Assembly (NCBI GenBank): GCA_963422265.1
Contig: OY729416.1
Location: 448,001-512,000 of the forward strand
DNA from: Thermodesulfobacteriota bacterium
GTDB taxonomy: Bacteria > Desulfobacterota_D > UBA1144 > Nemesobacterales > UBA2774
Reading direction: 5' to 3'
DNA: 64,000 nt
Made by a program: the position numbers and the translations under genes
Notes under the pieces: generated by a model
What the model was told of the DNA's origin: nothing
Database searches by the model: none
Seen by the model: the letters and a program-made list of their open reading frames with translations, nothing else
In this document: in pieces, positions 1-10,023 of the stretch
Layout of the letters: each line of letters begins with the position of its first letter
Numbering within the stretch: position 1 is the stretch's first letter

Positions 1-191
1 TTTTGAATCCCAACTCGCTCAAAGTTCTCAGGGACTGTTATCTTGAGCCGAGCCTCTTGCATCCAGAGCCTGAGACCAACTACCAGTTTGAGAGGATAGG
101 ATATTTTTACCCTGACCCAGTAGATTCCAAAGGTGGAGTGCCCATATTTAATAGAACGGCGACGCTAAGGGATAGTTGGAGTAAGAGATGA
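1..191 (+). CDS. glnS: Glutaminyl-tRNA synthetase, C-terminal fragment (5' end outside window)
   Basis: C-terminal motif YQFERIGYFYPD...FNRTATLRDSW typical of the GlnRS anticodon-binding domain. Confidence 0.9.
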   Translation, partial: LNPNSLKVLRDCYLEPSLLHPEPETNYQFERIGYFYPDPVDSKGGVPIFNRTATLRDSWSKR

Positions 192-335
192 GGTGGGTGG
201 GTATGACTTTATTCCACAGGGGCTATTGGCTTGTATCCATTTAACAACTGTCAGAGGTATTTATTTACGCTCTTTTTATGGAGATAACACTCATTGTGTT
301 TAGGGTTTGAGGTTTTACAAATACTATTTCCCAAC

Positions 336-1106
336 TTAGATAGAGGATTGTTGATAACCTCTATCACCCATCTTTTCCCCATCAACGTAAATATTCCCTT
401 TACTATCTATACCGACTCTACCTCTTGCTAAAAGATGATGAACCGTGAAAGGGAGGACTTCCCATTCTCCTTTTTTTCTAATTTTAGCGTTCATTAGCTC
501 TTTATCACTTTCATTAAATCCCATAAGTGAAATTGGAGCGGATTGAGCTATGGCGGGACCGAAACGCTCCTTATCTTTTTGTATATACACAGTGCATTTA
601 ATACTATCTTCCCCCACTTGGAGTGCCTGAACTGAAGCATCAACGCCTTTAATAAGGTAATCTTTGGTAACGTCTCCTGGATATAGATTGATTACCCTAT
701 TATTGTATCTACTCAAGAATAGAGATCCGAGCCTTCTTCTATAACCAGCAAGCACTATTAAGTCGGGTGAGCAAACCTGCTCAACTAAGGCTATTGAGGC
801 TGCATCATAGTAATTCCTTACCTTTTCATCGTTGGGATCTTTGCCAATCGCCTTAAAGTATGCCTTTGAGCTTAATCTAACTACAGGTATTCCTAGCTTT
901 TTAGCCTTTTCAGCTCCCTTAGAGTTGGAAACGTTGGTAAATACAGCGTCTATTTTCCCATAAAGTCTCTCCCCAGTTTCCTGGAGTCGCATCTGTTCCT
1001 CGTATAAAGCGACAAAATTAGTCCCCGAGCCCGAAAGAAAAACGGCTATGATCATAGGACAGTTTTCGTCAGGGGCGTATATCAGCTTAATTTTAGAAGA
1101 GCTCAC
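336..1106 (-). CDS. Formyltransferase-fold protein (PurN/GAR transformylase-like) with substituted catalytic residues
   Basis: N-terminal AVFLSGSGTNF phosphate loop and PDLIVLAGY; but NLYPG in place of NIHPS and KERFGP in place of xxDxGP. Confidence 0.75.
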   Translation of the reverse strand: MSSSKIKLIYAPDENCPMIIAVFLSGSGTNFVALYEEQMRLQETGERLYGKIDAVFTNVSNSKGAEKAKKLGIPVVRLSSKAYFKAIGKDPNDEKVRNYYDAASIALVEQVCSPDLIVLAGYRRRLGSLFLSRYNNRVINLYPGDVTKDYLIKGVDASVQALQVGEDSIKCTVYIQKDKERFGPAIAQSAPISLMGFNESDKELMNAKIRKKGEWEVLPFTVHHLLARGRVGIDSKGNIYVDGEKMGDRGYQQSSI

Positions 1107-1175
1107 GCGTGCTTTTCACCGCAAAAAGTTTTTACAACATCGGTCAATTCAGGGAAACTATATTACATTATAACT

Positions 1176-2042
1176 ATGAACAACTCTATTCAAAGACTCC
1201 TTACAGCATCGGTAGCGGTGCCGCTAATGTATGTGATTTTCTACGTAGGGGGGTTGCTATATCTGTTATTTTTTCTCATCTTGATAGTCGTCGGTCAGCT
1301 TGAATACCAAAAACTGCTTGAGTCAAAAAACCTGCCCAATGAAAAAACGTTGGGAGTTATTTCGTCTGCTCTCTTTGGTATAGGCGCTTACGCTGGATAT
1401 TACTATTTAACACTCTGCTTCACCGCCTTTGTGATCTTAGTGCTAATTCTTGGGCTTAGGAAGAGCGATTTGAACAAAGCAATAGTAAGCATAGGAACAA
1501 CGGTATTTGGCGTAATATACGTAGGTTGGCTTCTAAGCCATGGAATTTTACTTAGGAACGTTGTATATCAGAACGAAAACGTAAGAGCATTTGCCGAGAA
1601 GAATCAGGGGGTAGAAGACTTTGGCTTCTTCTTTGTGTTATTCGCAGTTGCCTGCACGTTTCTAAATGATACAGGGGCTTACTATACGGGAAAACTATTC
1701 GGAAAGCGCAAGCTTAGTGCCAAAATCAGCCCTGGCAAAACCGTAGAAGGCACTTTAGGAGGAATTGTTATATGCGTTGTGACGGCATTAGTTGTGAATG
1801 CTTTGTTTAGCTCGCCGTTGAACCCTGGTTGGACGGTAGCCTTTGGCCTCATTATCAGCATTACCGCGGTATTCGGAGATCTTGTTGAGTCCTTACTTAA
1901 ACGAAGCGTTGGGATGAAGGATTCGGGAGGTATTGTCCCCGGTCATGGGGGCGTTCTTGATAGATTCGACAGCTTAATCCTCGTTTTTCCGGTCTTTTAC
2001 TATCTAGTGCTGGGATATTATAAGTTGCAACTAATACTTTAG
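1176..2042 (+). CDS. cdsA: Phosphatidate cytidylyltransferase
   Basis: Multi-TM protein with DTGAYYTG, ISPGKTVEG and GDLVESLLKR..GMKDSGGIVPGHGGVLDRFDS signature. Confidence 0.95.
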   Translation: MNNSIQRLLTASVAVPLMYVIFYVGGLLYLLFFLILIVVGQLEYQKLLESKNLPNEKTLGVISSALFGIGAYAGYYYLTLCFTAFVILVLILGLRKSDLNKAIVSIGTTVFGVIYVGWLLSHGILLRNVVYQNENVRAFAEKNQGVEDFGFFFVLFAVACTFLNDTGAYYTGKLFGKRKLSAKISPGKTVEGTLGGIVICVVTALVVNALFSSPLNPGWTVAFGLIISITAVFGDLVESLLKRSVGMKDSGGIVPGHGGVLDRFDSLILVFPVFYYLVLGYYKLQLIL

Positions 2043-2052
2043 TTGCAACTTA
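2021..2052. terminator. 14-bp perfect inverted repeat between convergent genes; likely bidirectional terminator
   Basis: TAAGTTGCAACTAA-tact-TTAGTTGCAACTTA overlapping the cdsA stop. Confidence 0.6.
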
Positions 2053-2075
2053 CATTGCTATGCGTTCATTTCACG

Positions 2076-2393
2076 TTAGTCATCCAGAATTTCGAGGGCT
2101 TCTTCAAACTCCTCCACCATTGATGGATGTCCATATCGGTTTGCAGCTTCTATACCTTTGTTATAAGACACTCTTGCCCTGTCCTTATTCCCTGTTTCTA
2201 AGTAGCATTCAGCGAGCATTCTATAAACCGCACCCTCGTCACCCTTTATTCTCAAATACTCGTTTATCTGAATAATTGCTTCTTCATAGTTTTCTAACTT
2301 AAAATATTCGTTAGCAAGTCCGTATCTTCCCAGAGGGTTATCAGGATCCATTTCTACGAGAGCCTTCAGCGTTTCAATTCTCGATTTATTCAT
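2076..2393 (-). CDS. Small tetratricopeptide-repeat protein
   Basis: DPDNPLGRYGLANEY..YEEAI and AVYRMLAECY TPR-like helices; ATG at 2393 preceded by AAGGAG on the minus strand. Confidence 0.8.
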   Translation of the reverse strand: MNKSRIETLKALVEMDPDNPLGRYGLANEYFKLENYEEAIIQINEYLRIKGDEGAVYRMLAECYLETGNKDRARVSYNKGIEAANRYGHPSMVEEFEEALEILDD

Positions 2394-2530
2394 AGTGAAG
2401 AGTTCTCCTTTCTTGTATATTACGATATTCCTCGCCAGTCTATCACAGCCAGTGGAAATACATAATGGCACGTATTGATTATTTGGCTTTATAATGTAAT
2501 ACTTGTTGCAAAACTTATACGAATAATCCC

Positions 2531-3079
2531 GTGTCCTACAAAATCATAGACTTTTTATTCCAGGCAATCGCCGTCAGGCAGTATCTTATTTTTTCAGGAT
2601 GTTTTTTTGTTTTATTTGCTTCCGTTATGCTTATACTGGAGGCGCAGGTCCTTCCCTTGGGGTGTGCAGGGACAATACCCTTGGAGTTAGCGTTTACAAA
2701 AACTGCTTTTGGTAGCATGATAATTCAGTGTGGGGAAGAGGGCATACTTGCGCATACAACCTTAGCTCGCGTTGACTACCTTTTTATAATTTCCTACGTC
2801 GGGTTTGCAGCTAATCTCCTAGGATATTTGGTGCGAGGAATACAATATAAAAGCGCCCTTTTTTATTTCTCTCTACCATTGCTAGCAGGTCTTATAAATG
2901 TGGTTGAGAACACTCTTTTACTTAACCAACTCTCGGACCCTCACGGGTTAAATGAAATCGTGATATTCCTAGCATCAGCCGCAGCGCTTATGAAATTCTT
3001 ACTAATGGTAATCTCAGCGTCTATTGTTCTATTTTATCTGTTTATACTTATATCAGCAGGCAAGTCTCGTTCCACATAG
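2531..3079 (+). CDS. Hypothetical membrane protein (about 4 TM helices)
   Basis: Hydrophobic segments; LELAF, DYLFI and VVEN motifs. Confidence 0.7.
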   Translation: MSYKIIDFLFQAIAVRQYLIFSGCFFVLFASVMLILEAQVLPLGCAGTIPLELAFTKTAFGSMIIQCGEEGILAHTTLARVDYLFIISYVGFAANLLGYLVRGIQYKSALFYFSLPLLAGLINVVENTLLLNQLSDPHGLNEIVIFLASAAALMKFLLMVISASIVLFYLFILISAGKSRST

Positions 3080-3185
3080 GGTGCGCGTTACGCTTGTCCT
3101 CTCTTCTAAAAAAACAATCCACGGATATAGTACCTAAATGGCGGGGATTACGCGGATGAACGTAGATGGGGAAAGCGGGTAGCAT

Positions 3186-3863
3186 TTAGGTTATATCAGA
3201 AAGTGTTACTGTTTTGTAGCTCATTATGCCAAATACTCGAGAAAACGCTTGAATTACTGTTTCCTCTATTTGACTCATATCTATCTCCTCTCTACTAGCG
3301 AGACAGCGCTGTATTGAGGTCATTGTTACGTCCCGTATACCACAAGGCACAATCATATCAAAATAAGACACGTCCGTATTTACGTTAAGCGCAAACCCGT
3401 GATACGTAATCCATCTCTTTACGCCAACGCCAATTGAGGCGATCTTATGCCTTTTAGTCCATACCCCGGTTACGCCTTCAACCCTTCTTGCTTCAATATC
3501 ATATTCACTGAGTGCAAGGATAATAGTTTCCTCTATGTTCCTAAGATATTTGTGAACGTCACACTCCATGTTTTTGAGGTCCAATACCGGGTAGCCAACC
3601 AATTGTCCCGGACCATGGTAGGTTATATCTCCCCCCCGGCTGACTACCTCAAAGTGAATTCCGTTTTTTTCAAGTGTTTCTTTGTGCGCAAGGAGGTTTT
3701 CCATATTACCCCTCCTTCCAACAGTAAAGGTATGAGGATGCTGAAGAGTAATAAGAGTATCTACAATCTGTCCCTTCCTCCGTTTTTCAAGAAGGATCAA
3801 TTGAAGTTCAAGAGCCTTCTGATAAGGAACAAGTCCTAGCTTGCAGATGTTAAGAAGACTCAT
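3186..3863 (-). CDS. lipB: Lipoyl(octanoyl) transferase
   Basis: LQHPHTFTVG, RGGDITYHGPGQLVGYP, KIASIG, HGFALNV, IVPCG; start set to the ATG at 3863, just after the lpdA stop. Confidence 0.95.
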   Translation of the reverse strand: MSLLNICKLGLVPYQKALELQLILLEKRRKGQIVDTLITLQHPHTFTVGRRGNMENLLAHKETLEKNGIHFEVVSRGGDITYHGPGQLVGYPVLDLKNMECDVHKYLRNIEETIILALSEYDIEARRVEGVTGVWTKRHKIASIGVGVKRWITYHGFALNVNTDVSYFDMIVPCGIRDVTMTSIQRCLASREEIDMSQIEETVIQAFSRVFGIMSYKTVTLSDIT

Positions 3864-3867
3864 ATTG

Positions 3868-5304
3868 CTACATATTTCTAGCTCTACCCATAGAGGCGAG
3901 GGCAGCCTCCATAACGGCTTCGGAAAGGGTAGGGTGAGCATGGGAAGTCGTGGCTATTTCGAGTGGCGTTGTCTCTAGCGTTCTACCGACCGCAATCTCA
4001 CCAATTAGCTCAGTTGCGCCGTGACCTATTATATGAGCGCCTAGAATCTCACCCGTCTTTTTGTCCGATACGATTTTCACAAAACCGTCCGTCTCTCCCG
4101 TGCCTACAGCTTTACCCACTGCCCTAAAGGGGAATTTTCCGACGCTATAATTGTAGCCCTTGTCTTTTACTTGATGCTCGGTGAGTCCGATTGTCGCGAT
4201 CTCAGGCTGACAATATACGCAGCCTGGAATGTTATCGTAATGAACTTTACTGTTTATTAAGCCCGCCATCTTTTCAACCGCCGCTACGCCCTCTTCAGAA
4301 GCTTTATGAGCAAGTAAAGGCGGTCCTATAACGTCTCCAATAGCATAGACTTTGCTGCAAGTCGTCATATAAGATTCATCCGTCTTGATAAAGCCTCTCT
4401 CATCAACTTCTATCCCAAGCTCGCTTAGCCCTATGTCTCCTGACTTTTTATAATAGCTGAGGGATGACGGCGCATCATTTGATACTGGCCTTCTACCTAC
4501 GGCGACGAGCACTGTCGAGGCAGTTATCTTAATCTCTTCGTTACTACCAATACTCTCAAGTATCACATCAATTGTGCTACGTTTTTTCTTGATTTTTTTG
4601 AATTTTGTCTTTGTCAGTATGGTCATTCCATTTTTCTTAAAAATCCTTTCAAGCTCTTTAGACACCTCTTGATCCGCACCGGGCAGGAGATAGTCCATCA
4701 TCTCGACAATAGTGACATTACTACCAAAAGAATTATATATATAGGCGAATTCTGCCCCGATGTAACCACCGCCGATTATAACGACCGACTTAGGAATCTC
4801 TTTATGAAAAATGGCTTCATCACTTGTTACCACAAGCCTCGCATCTATTTCAAGTCCGGGAAGGGTCATAGGGACAGATCCTGTTGCTATCATGATCTTA
4901 TCCGTATCTACTTCTAACTGTTCCTTTTCGTTCGTAACGCCAACCTTCCCCTTTGAGATAAGCTTACCTACTCCATTAAAAAGCGTGATCTTGTTTTTCT
5001 TAAACAGGTATTCTACACCTTTATTGAGTGTGGCGGAAGCCTTTCTACTCTTGTCTATAACCTTAGAATAATCATAAGAGAGTTCTTTATATTCTATTCC
5101 AAACTCTTTGGAATTATTGAAGTATTCATATACTTCTGCGCATTTAAGTATGGATTTGGATGGGATACAGCCCCAATTGAGACATACGCCACCGGGTTTA
5201 TCCCTTTCAATCACCGCAACGTTCATTCCAAGCTGCGCCGCCCTAATTGCGGATATATAGCCACCTGGTCCAGATCCTATTATAGTTAAATCATACTTTT
5301 TCAT
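3868..5304 (-). CDS. lpdA: Dihydrolipoyl dehydrogenase (E3)
   Basis: GSGPGGY, GGVCLNWGCIPSK, HAHPTLSE. Confidence 0.97.
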   Translation of the reverse strand: MKKYDLTIIGSGPGGYISAIRAAQLGMNVAVIERDKPGGVCLNWGCIPSKSILKCAEVYEYFNNSKEFGIEYKELSYDYSKVIDKSRKASATLNKGVEYLFKKNKITLFNGVGKLISKGKVGVTNEKEQLEVDTDKIMIATGSVPMTLPGLEIDARLVVTSDEAIFHKEIPKSVVIIGGGYIGAEFAYIYNSFGSNVTIVEMMDYLLPGADQEVSKELERIFKKNGMTILTKTKFKKIKKKRSTIDVILESIGSNEEIKITASTVLVAVGRRPVSNDAPSSLSYYKKSGDIGLSELGIEVDERGFIKTDESYMTTCSKVYAIGDVIGPPLLAHKASEEGVAAVEKMAGLINSKVHYDNIPGCVYCQPEIATIGLTEHQVKDKGYNYSVGKFPFRAVGKAVGTGETDGFVKIVSDKKTGEILGAHIIGHGATELIGEIAVGRTLETTPLEIATTSHAHPTLSEAVMEAALASMGRARNM

Positions 5305-5425
5305 AAGTGCCTTTTTATTATATACCTAATTACTTTATGGTCAATGTTTACATGGGAAAGGCTTGCGAAAATAATGTAAAATCCCAATGGTGTTAAATGC
5401 TAAAAAATATGCAAAAAGGAACAAA

Positions 5426-8110
5426 ATGAATAGGAAAAACGAGCAACATAAGAAAATTGCAGGACTTGAGGCGCAAGAGACAAAGGAATGGCTTGATTCC
5501 CTTGATTACGTTCTTGAGACAAGCGGGTCGGAGCGCGTAGTCAGGCTAATTAATGAACTTAGAACGCACGCTAGGGAGAGGGGCGTCAATCCATCCTTCG
5601 CTGCAAATACCCCTTACATGAATACTATCCCAGCGGAGAGACAAGTTCCGTATCCGGGCGACCCTGAGATTGAGTGGAAAATCAGGAGCCTAATACGTTG
5701 GAACGCAATGGCTATGGTGGTGCGCGCTAACCGTAAAGAAGAGGGTATAGGGGGTCATATATCGACCTTTGCTTCCGCCGCCGCCCTATATGAGGTGGCG
5801 TTTAACCACTTCCTCAGGGGTAAAAGCGAAGATCATGAAGGCGACATTGTCTATTTCCAGGGTCATGCGGCTCCCGGAATTTACGCCCGTGCTTTTCTTG
5901 AGGGGCGATTTTCTATAGAGCAACTTCAGAATTTCAGGCAAGAGACAAAATCCAAAAGGGGACTCTCGTCGTATCCTCATCCATGGCTTATGCCTGATTT
6001 CTGGCAATTTCCTACCGTATCTATGGGGCTGAGTCCAATTATGGCTATCTATCAGGCGAGATTTAACCGCTATTTGGAGGATAGGAAGTTAAAAGAGCGC
6101 ACCGACGCGAAAGTATGGTCTTTTCTGGGTGATGGCGAGACGGATGAACCTGAAACACTCGGAGCGATTACGCTTGCGTCACGGGAAAAGCTCGACAACC
6201 TGATTGTTGTCGTGAATTGTAACCTTCAGCGTCTGGATGGGCCGGTAAGGGGAAATGGGAAAATCATACAAGAGCTAGAAGCTATATTCAGAGGCGCAGG
6301 CTGGAACGTAATTAAAGTAATTTGGGGGAGTAATTGGGATTCTTTATTGGCTAAAGATAAAGATGGGGTGTTGATAAAAAGGATGGGAACTGCGCTTGAT
6401 GGGGATTATCAAAAGTATTCCGTAGCCTCAGGTGAATACATAAGAAACCATTTCTTCGGTACTGACCCAAGACTTCAAGAAATGGTAAAAGATTTGTCGG
6501 ATGAACAGCTTCAGAAATTGAGACGAGGAGGGCATGATCCAGAGAAGGTTTATCCTGCTTATAAGGCAGCGGTGGAACATGTGGGATCGCCTACCGTGAT
6601 TCTCGCTAAAACGATAAAAGGTTACGGGCTTGGAGAAGCAGGGGAGGGTAGAAACGTTACGCACCAGCAGAAGAAACTGAATGAAGACGAGCTAAAAGAG
6701 TTTAGGACTCGTTTCGCAATACCTATTTCTGATGAAGACGTCTCCAGAGCACCTTTTTACAAAGCACCGGAAGACAGCCTAGAAATCAAATACCTTAAAA
6801 AAAGGAGGAATGAGTTAGGAGGCTATTTACCCAAGCGTCAGGTGAGATGCGAGGCGCTTGAACCACCTTCTAGGCAATTATTTGAAGAATTCTATGGAGA
6901 TTCAGGTAGAAGAGAGGTAGCCACCACAATGGCTTTGGTAAAAATGCTTGCCAAGATGTTAAGGGATAAAGGCATTGGCAAATATATCGTGCCCATAGTG
7001 CCTGATGAAGCGCGCACTTTTGGAATGGAAGCGTTGTTCAGGCAGGTGGGAATTTATTCGCACGTGGGACAACTCTATGAGCCTGTTGACAAACAAGTGC
7101 TCCTTTACTACAAGGAGGCTGTGAACGGCCAGATACTGGAAGAAGGGATAACAGAAGCAGGTTCAATGTCCTCTTTCATAGCGGCGGGCACCTCTTATGC
7201 GACCCATGGGATAAATATGATCCCGTTCTTCATTTTCTACTCTATGTTTGGTTTTCAGAGAATCGGTGATCTTGTGTGGGCTGCTGCTGACGCAAGATGT
7301 AAAGGCTTTATGGTAGGTGGAACATCGGGTAGAACAACACTTGCAGGCGAAGGGTTACAACATCAGGACGGACACAGCCATTTACTTGCCTATCCGGTGC
7401 CCAATCTAAAAGCGTATGACCCTGCTTTCGCCTATGAAATCGCTGTTATAATAGAGGACGGGATAAGGCGAATGTATCATGAGCAGGAAGATATTTTCTA
7501 CTATATAACTGTAATGAACGAGACTTATAAGCAGCCTTCTATGCCTAAAGGTTCAAGGGATGGCATATTAAAGGGTATGTATAAGTTCAAAGACGCTGAG
7601 AGTAAGGATATGGAACTCCGCGCTCAGCTCTTTGGAAGTGGAGCAATTCTTAATGAGGTTCTTAGGGCGCAGGAGATATTGGAAAAGGAATACAGCGTCG
7701 CGGCAGATGTCTGGAGCGTAACTAGCTATAAGGAGCTATATAGGAACGGTCTTGAAACTGAACGTTGGAACATGCTTCACCCCCTTGAGATTAAGAGGAT
7801 TTCCTATATCACGGAGTGTGTTAAGGATGCTCCAGGGGTCTTCGTAGCAGCCTCTGATTACGTAAAAGCTCTTCCCGATTCAATCTCTCAGTGGCTGCCC
7901 CGTCCGCTAATTTCGCTTGGAACAGACGGTTTCGGAAGGAGCGCAGGGAGAAAGGGATTAAGGGATTTTTTTGAAGTTGATTGGAGATATATCACCCTAG
8001 CGGTTCTGGCTTCTCTTGCTTGGGAGAAGAAGCTAAAGCCTGAAGTTGTTGAGAAAGCTATCCGGGATTTGGATGTCAACCCAAGCAAGGCAAATCCTAT
8101 GCTTGCATAA
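5426..8110 (+). CDS. aceE: Pyruvate dehydrogenase E1 (homodimeric type)
   Basis: ETKEWLDSL, GGHISTFAS, FPTVSMGL, GDGETDEPE, GEGLQHQDG; start 5426 (AAGGA RBS) or 5387. Confidence 0.97.
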   Translation: MNRKNEQHKKIAGLEAQETKEWLDSLDYVLETSGSERVVRLINELRTHARERGVNPSFAANTPYMNTIPAERQVPYPGDPEIEWKIRSLIRWNAMAMVVRANRKEEGIGGHISTFASAAALYEVAFNHFLRGKSEDHEGDIVYFQGHAAPGIYARAFLEGRFSIEQLQNFRQETKSKRGLSSYPHPWLMPDFWQFPTVSMGLSPIMAIYQARFNRYLEDRKLKERTDAKVWSFLGDGETDEPETLGAITLASREKLDNLIVVVNCNLQRLDGPVRGNGKIIQELEAIFRGAGWNVIKVIWGSNWDSLLAKDKDGVLIKRMGTALDGDYQKYSVASGEYIRNHFFGTDPRLQEMVKDLSDEQLQKLRRGGHDPEKVYPAYKAAVEHVGSPTVILAKTIKGYGLGEAGEGRNVTHQQKKLNEDELKEFRTRFAIPISDEDVSRAPFYKAPEDSLEIKYLKKRRNELGGYLPKRQVRCEALEPPSRQLFEEFYGDSGRREVATTMALVKMLAKMLRDKGIGKYIVPIVPDEARTFGMEALFRQVGIYSHVGQLYEPVDKQVLLYYKEAVNGQILEEGITEAGSMSSFIAAGTSYATHGINMIPFFIFYSMFGFQRIGDLVWAAADARCKGFMVGGTSGRTTLAGEGLQHQDGHSHLLAYPVPNLKAYDPAFAYEIAVIIEDGIRRMYHEQEDIFYYITVMNETYKQPSMPKGSRDGILKGMYKFKDAESKDMELRAQLFGSGAILNEVLRAQEILEKEYSVAADVWSVTSYKELYRNGLETERWNMLHPLEIKRISYITECVKDAPGVFVAASDYVKALPDSISQWLPRPLISLGTDGFGRSAGRKGLRDFFEVDWRYITLAVLASLAWEKKLKPEVVEKAIRDLDVNPSKANPMLA

Positions 8111-8164
8111 TTTAAAATAGTTCTATTTGTTACATGTTAAATCTAATAAATACGGTGAGAATGA

Positions 8165-9529
8165 GTGATTATACGGTATAGACTTCCCGAACTGGGCGAG
8201 GGCATTGAAACGGCTGATGTTGTAGGCGTATTCGTTTCTCCGGGAGATGAAGTGGCGGAGGAGCAGCCACTTATGGAGATTGAAACTGATAAAGCAGCGG
8301 TTGAAATCCCCGCCCCCGTTGTTGGCATGGTAGAAGAGGTTCTAATTAAAGAAGGGGATAAAATTAACGTAGGACAATTGCTTATTACCATCAAACACAA
8401 AGGATTAAAGAACGAGAACGTTAAGTCTAAAGAGGCAGGGCAAGAGGTAGTGCATCCAGAGAGCAAAACCCTTCAGAGAGCGTCTGGCAGGAAATTTGAA
8501 GAGTATCGCGCCGAAGATATTGAGATTTCCACTACTCAGGAGACTGTAACCGTTGAAGATGAGACTGCATTCACAAAAGAATCCAAAACCGATTTCCCTA
8601 GTTTAATTCCTGCCTCTCCCTCGGTCAGACGGCTAGCGCGCGAGGCAGGCTTAGATCTAAACTTTATAAAGGGATCGGGAGCGGGGGGAAGGATTTTAAT
8701 TGATGATATAAACAAATACTTAGATGGTAGGAAAACAGGAGAGAAGCCGACAATAAAGAAAACGCCTACGGCACCTATTGTATCGCAGATGGCTACGAAT
8801 CCTAACGAGCTTCCCGATTTTAATAAATGGGGGAGAATAGAGAAGGTAGCTATGTCAAATGTCAGAAGACTCACGGCGGAGCGCGTTACCAAAGCCTGGA
8901 CGGTGCCTCACGTAACTCAATACGACAAGGCGGACATTACCGAGCTCGACAAGTTAAGGAAGCGATATGCAGAGAACGACAACAAAGCTAGTAATAAGCT
9001 AACGGTAACGTCAATTATACTTAAATTTGTTGCTTCTGCTCTTAAGATGTTTCCTAAGTTTAACGCTAGCGTTGACGTAGATAATGGGGAAATAGTCTAT
9101 AAGAAATACTATAACGTGGGCGTCGCGGTAGATACGGATAGAGGACTCATGGTGCCTGTAATAAAAGACGTTGACAAGAAGAACATTAGTCAAATAGCAG
9201 TTGAGTTAATCAACTTATCCGAAAGGGCACGGTCAAAGAAAATATCCGTTGAGGAGCTTCAAGGAGGTACCTTCACGGTAAGCAACCTGGGCAGTATAGG
9301 GGGGACATACTTCTCGCCACTAGTCAATGCCCCAGAAGTAGCCATACTTGGTATTTCAAGGTCCTCAGTGGAACCAGTTTACGTAGAGGGAGAGTTCACG
9401 CCTAGACTTATGCTCCCACTTTCACTCTCTTATGACCATCGTTTAATAGACGGTGCAGACGCGATTAGGTTTCTAAGCTGGATAGTCAAAGCGTTGGAGG
9501 ATCCGTTTAAGGTATCTTTGGAAGGCTAG
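8165..9529 (+). CDS. aceF: Dihydrolipoamide acetyltransferase (E2), single lipoyl domain
   Basis: ETDKA lipoyl site, ASPSVRRLARE binding domain, SYDHRLIDGA catalytic motif. Confidence 0.95.
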   Translation: MIIRYRLPELGEGIETADVVGVFVSPGDEVAEEQPLMEIETDKAAVEIPAPVVGMVEEVLIKEGDKINVGQLLITIKHKGLKNENVKSKEAGQEVVHPESKTLQRASGRKFEEYRAEDIEISTTQETVTVEDETAFTKESKTDFPSLIPASPSVRRLAREAGLDLNFIKGSGAGGRILIDDINKYLDGRKTGEKPTIKKTPTAPIVSQMATNPNELPDFNKWGRIEKVAMSNVRRLTAERVTKAWTVPHVTQYDKADITELDKLRKRYAENDNKASNKLTVTSIILKFVASALKMFPKFNASVDVDNGEIVYKKYYNVGVAVDTDRGLMVPVIKDVDKKNISQIAVELINLSERARSKKISVEELQGGTFTVSNLGSIGGTYFSPLVNAPEVAILGISRSSVEPVYVEGEFTPRLMLPLSLSYDHRLIDGADAIRFLSWIVKALEDPFKVSLEG

Positions 9530-9572
9530 CGCGGCGCAAGCAGTGAGCGCAGAAAGCAAATCTACACCAGTA

Positions 9573-9601
9573 TTGCATTTTTAGACGTAAAGTCTTAAAA
9601 T
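9573..9601 (+). promoter_or_regulatory. Putative sigma70 promoter for the 9636 ORF and possibly the Zorya operon
   Basis: TTGCAT-17 bp-TAAAAT. Confidence 0.5.
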
Positions 9602-9635
9602 AGCCTTAATATTTGCCCCACGGATATAGAAACAT

Positions 9636-9974
9636 ATGGACATGTTCATCTCAATGAAGGCTGAGACCTTAAATAAGGGTATTTACTTCAAAGAAACTTG
9701 GATGATGCAAATGCCCACAGCTCAAGGGTCAGGACACTTTGTGGCGGAGTTCAGGGAAGGAGACGAAGATAAGCTCAAGATATTGAAGAGATATGTAGCA
9801 ATACTTCGGGATAAGCTAAACGGTGAAGAAGGGTTTTTCATTGAGCATACGTCTATAGGTTTTAAGCTATACAAGCCAGTTGACGAAGGTATAGAGTATA
9901 TGGACGCATGGGAAAACTGGGTCAAGTTCACAAGAAGGCTCTGTAGAGAGCTAGGGGAGGTCGTGGGGGAGTAG
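9636..9974 (+). CDS. Hypothetical protein (112 aa) directly upstream of zorA
   Basis: Clean ORF with an upstream promoter-like element; no motif recognised. Confidence 0.7.
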   Translation: MDMFISMKAETLNKGIYFKETWMMQMPTAQGSGHFVAEFREGDEDKLKILKRYVAILRDKLNGEEGFFIEHTSIGFKLYKPVDEGIEYMDAWENWVKFTRRLCRELGEVVGE

Positions 9975-10023
9975 TGGGAGTGTCAAAACGAGAAGGTTTG
10001 GAGGGCTCTCTTAAGGTAACGCT

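Noticed and set aside
3119-9629. 12-bp match CCACGGATATAG at 3119 and 9618
   Set aside because: Many 12-mer matches are expected by chance in 64 kb, and the two contexts differ
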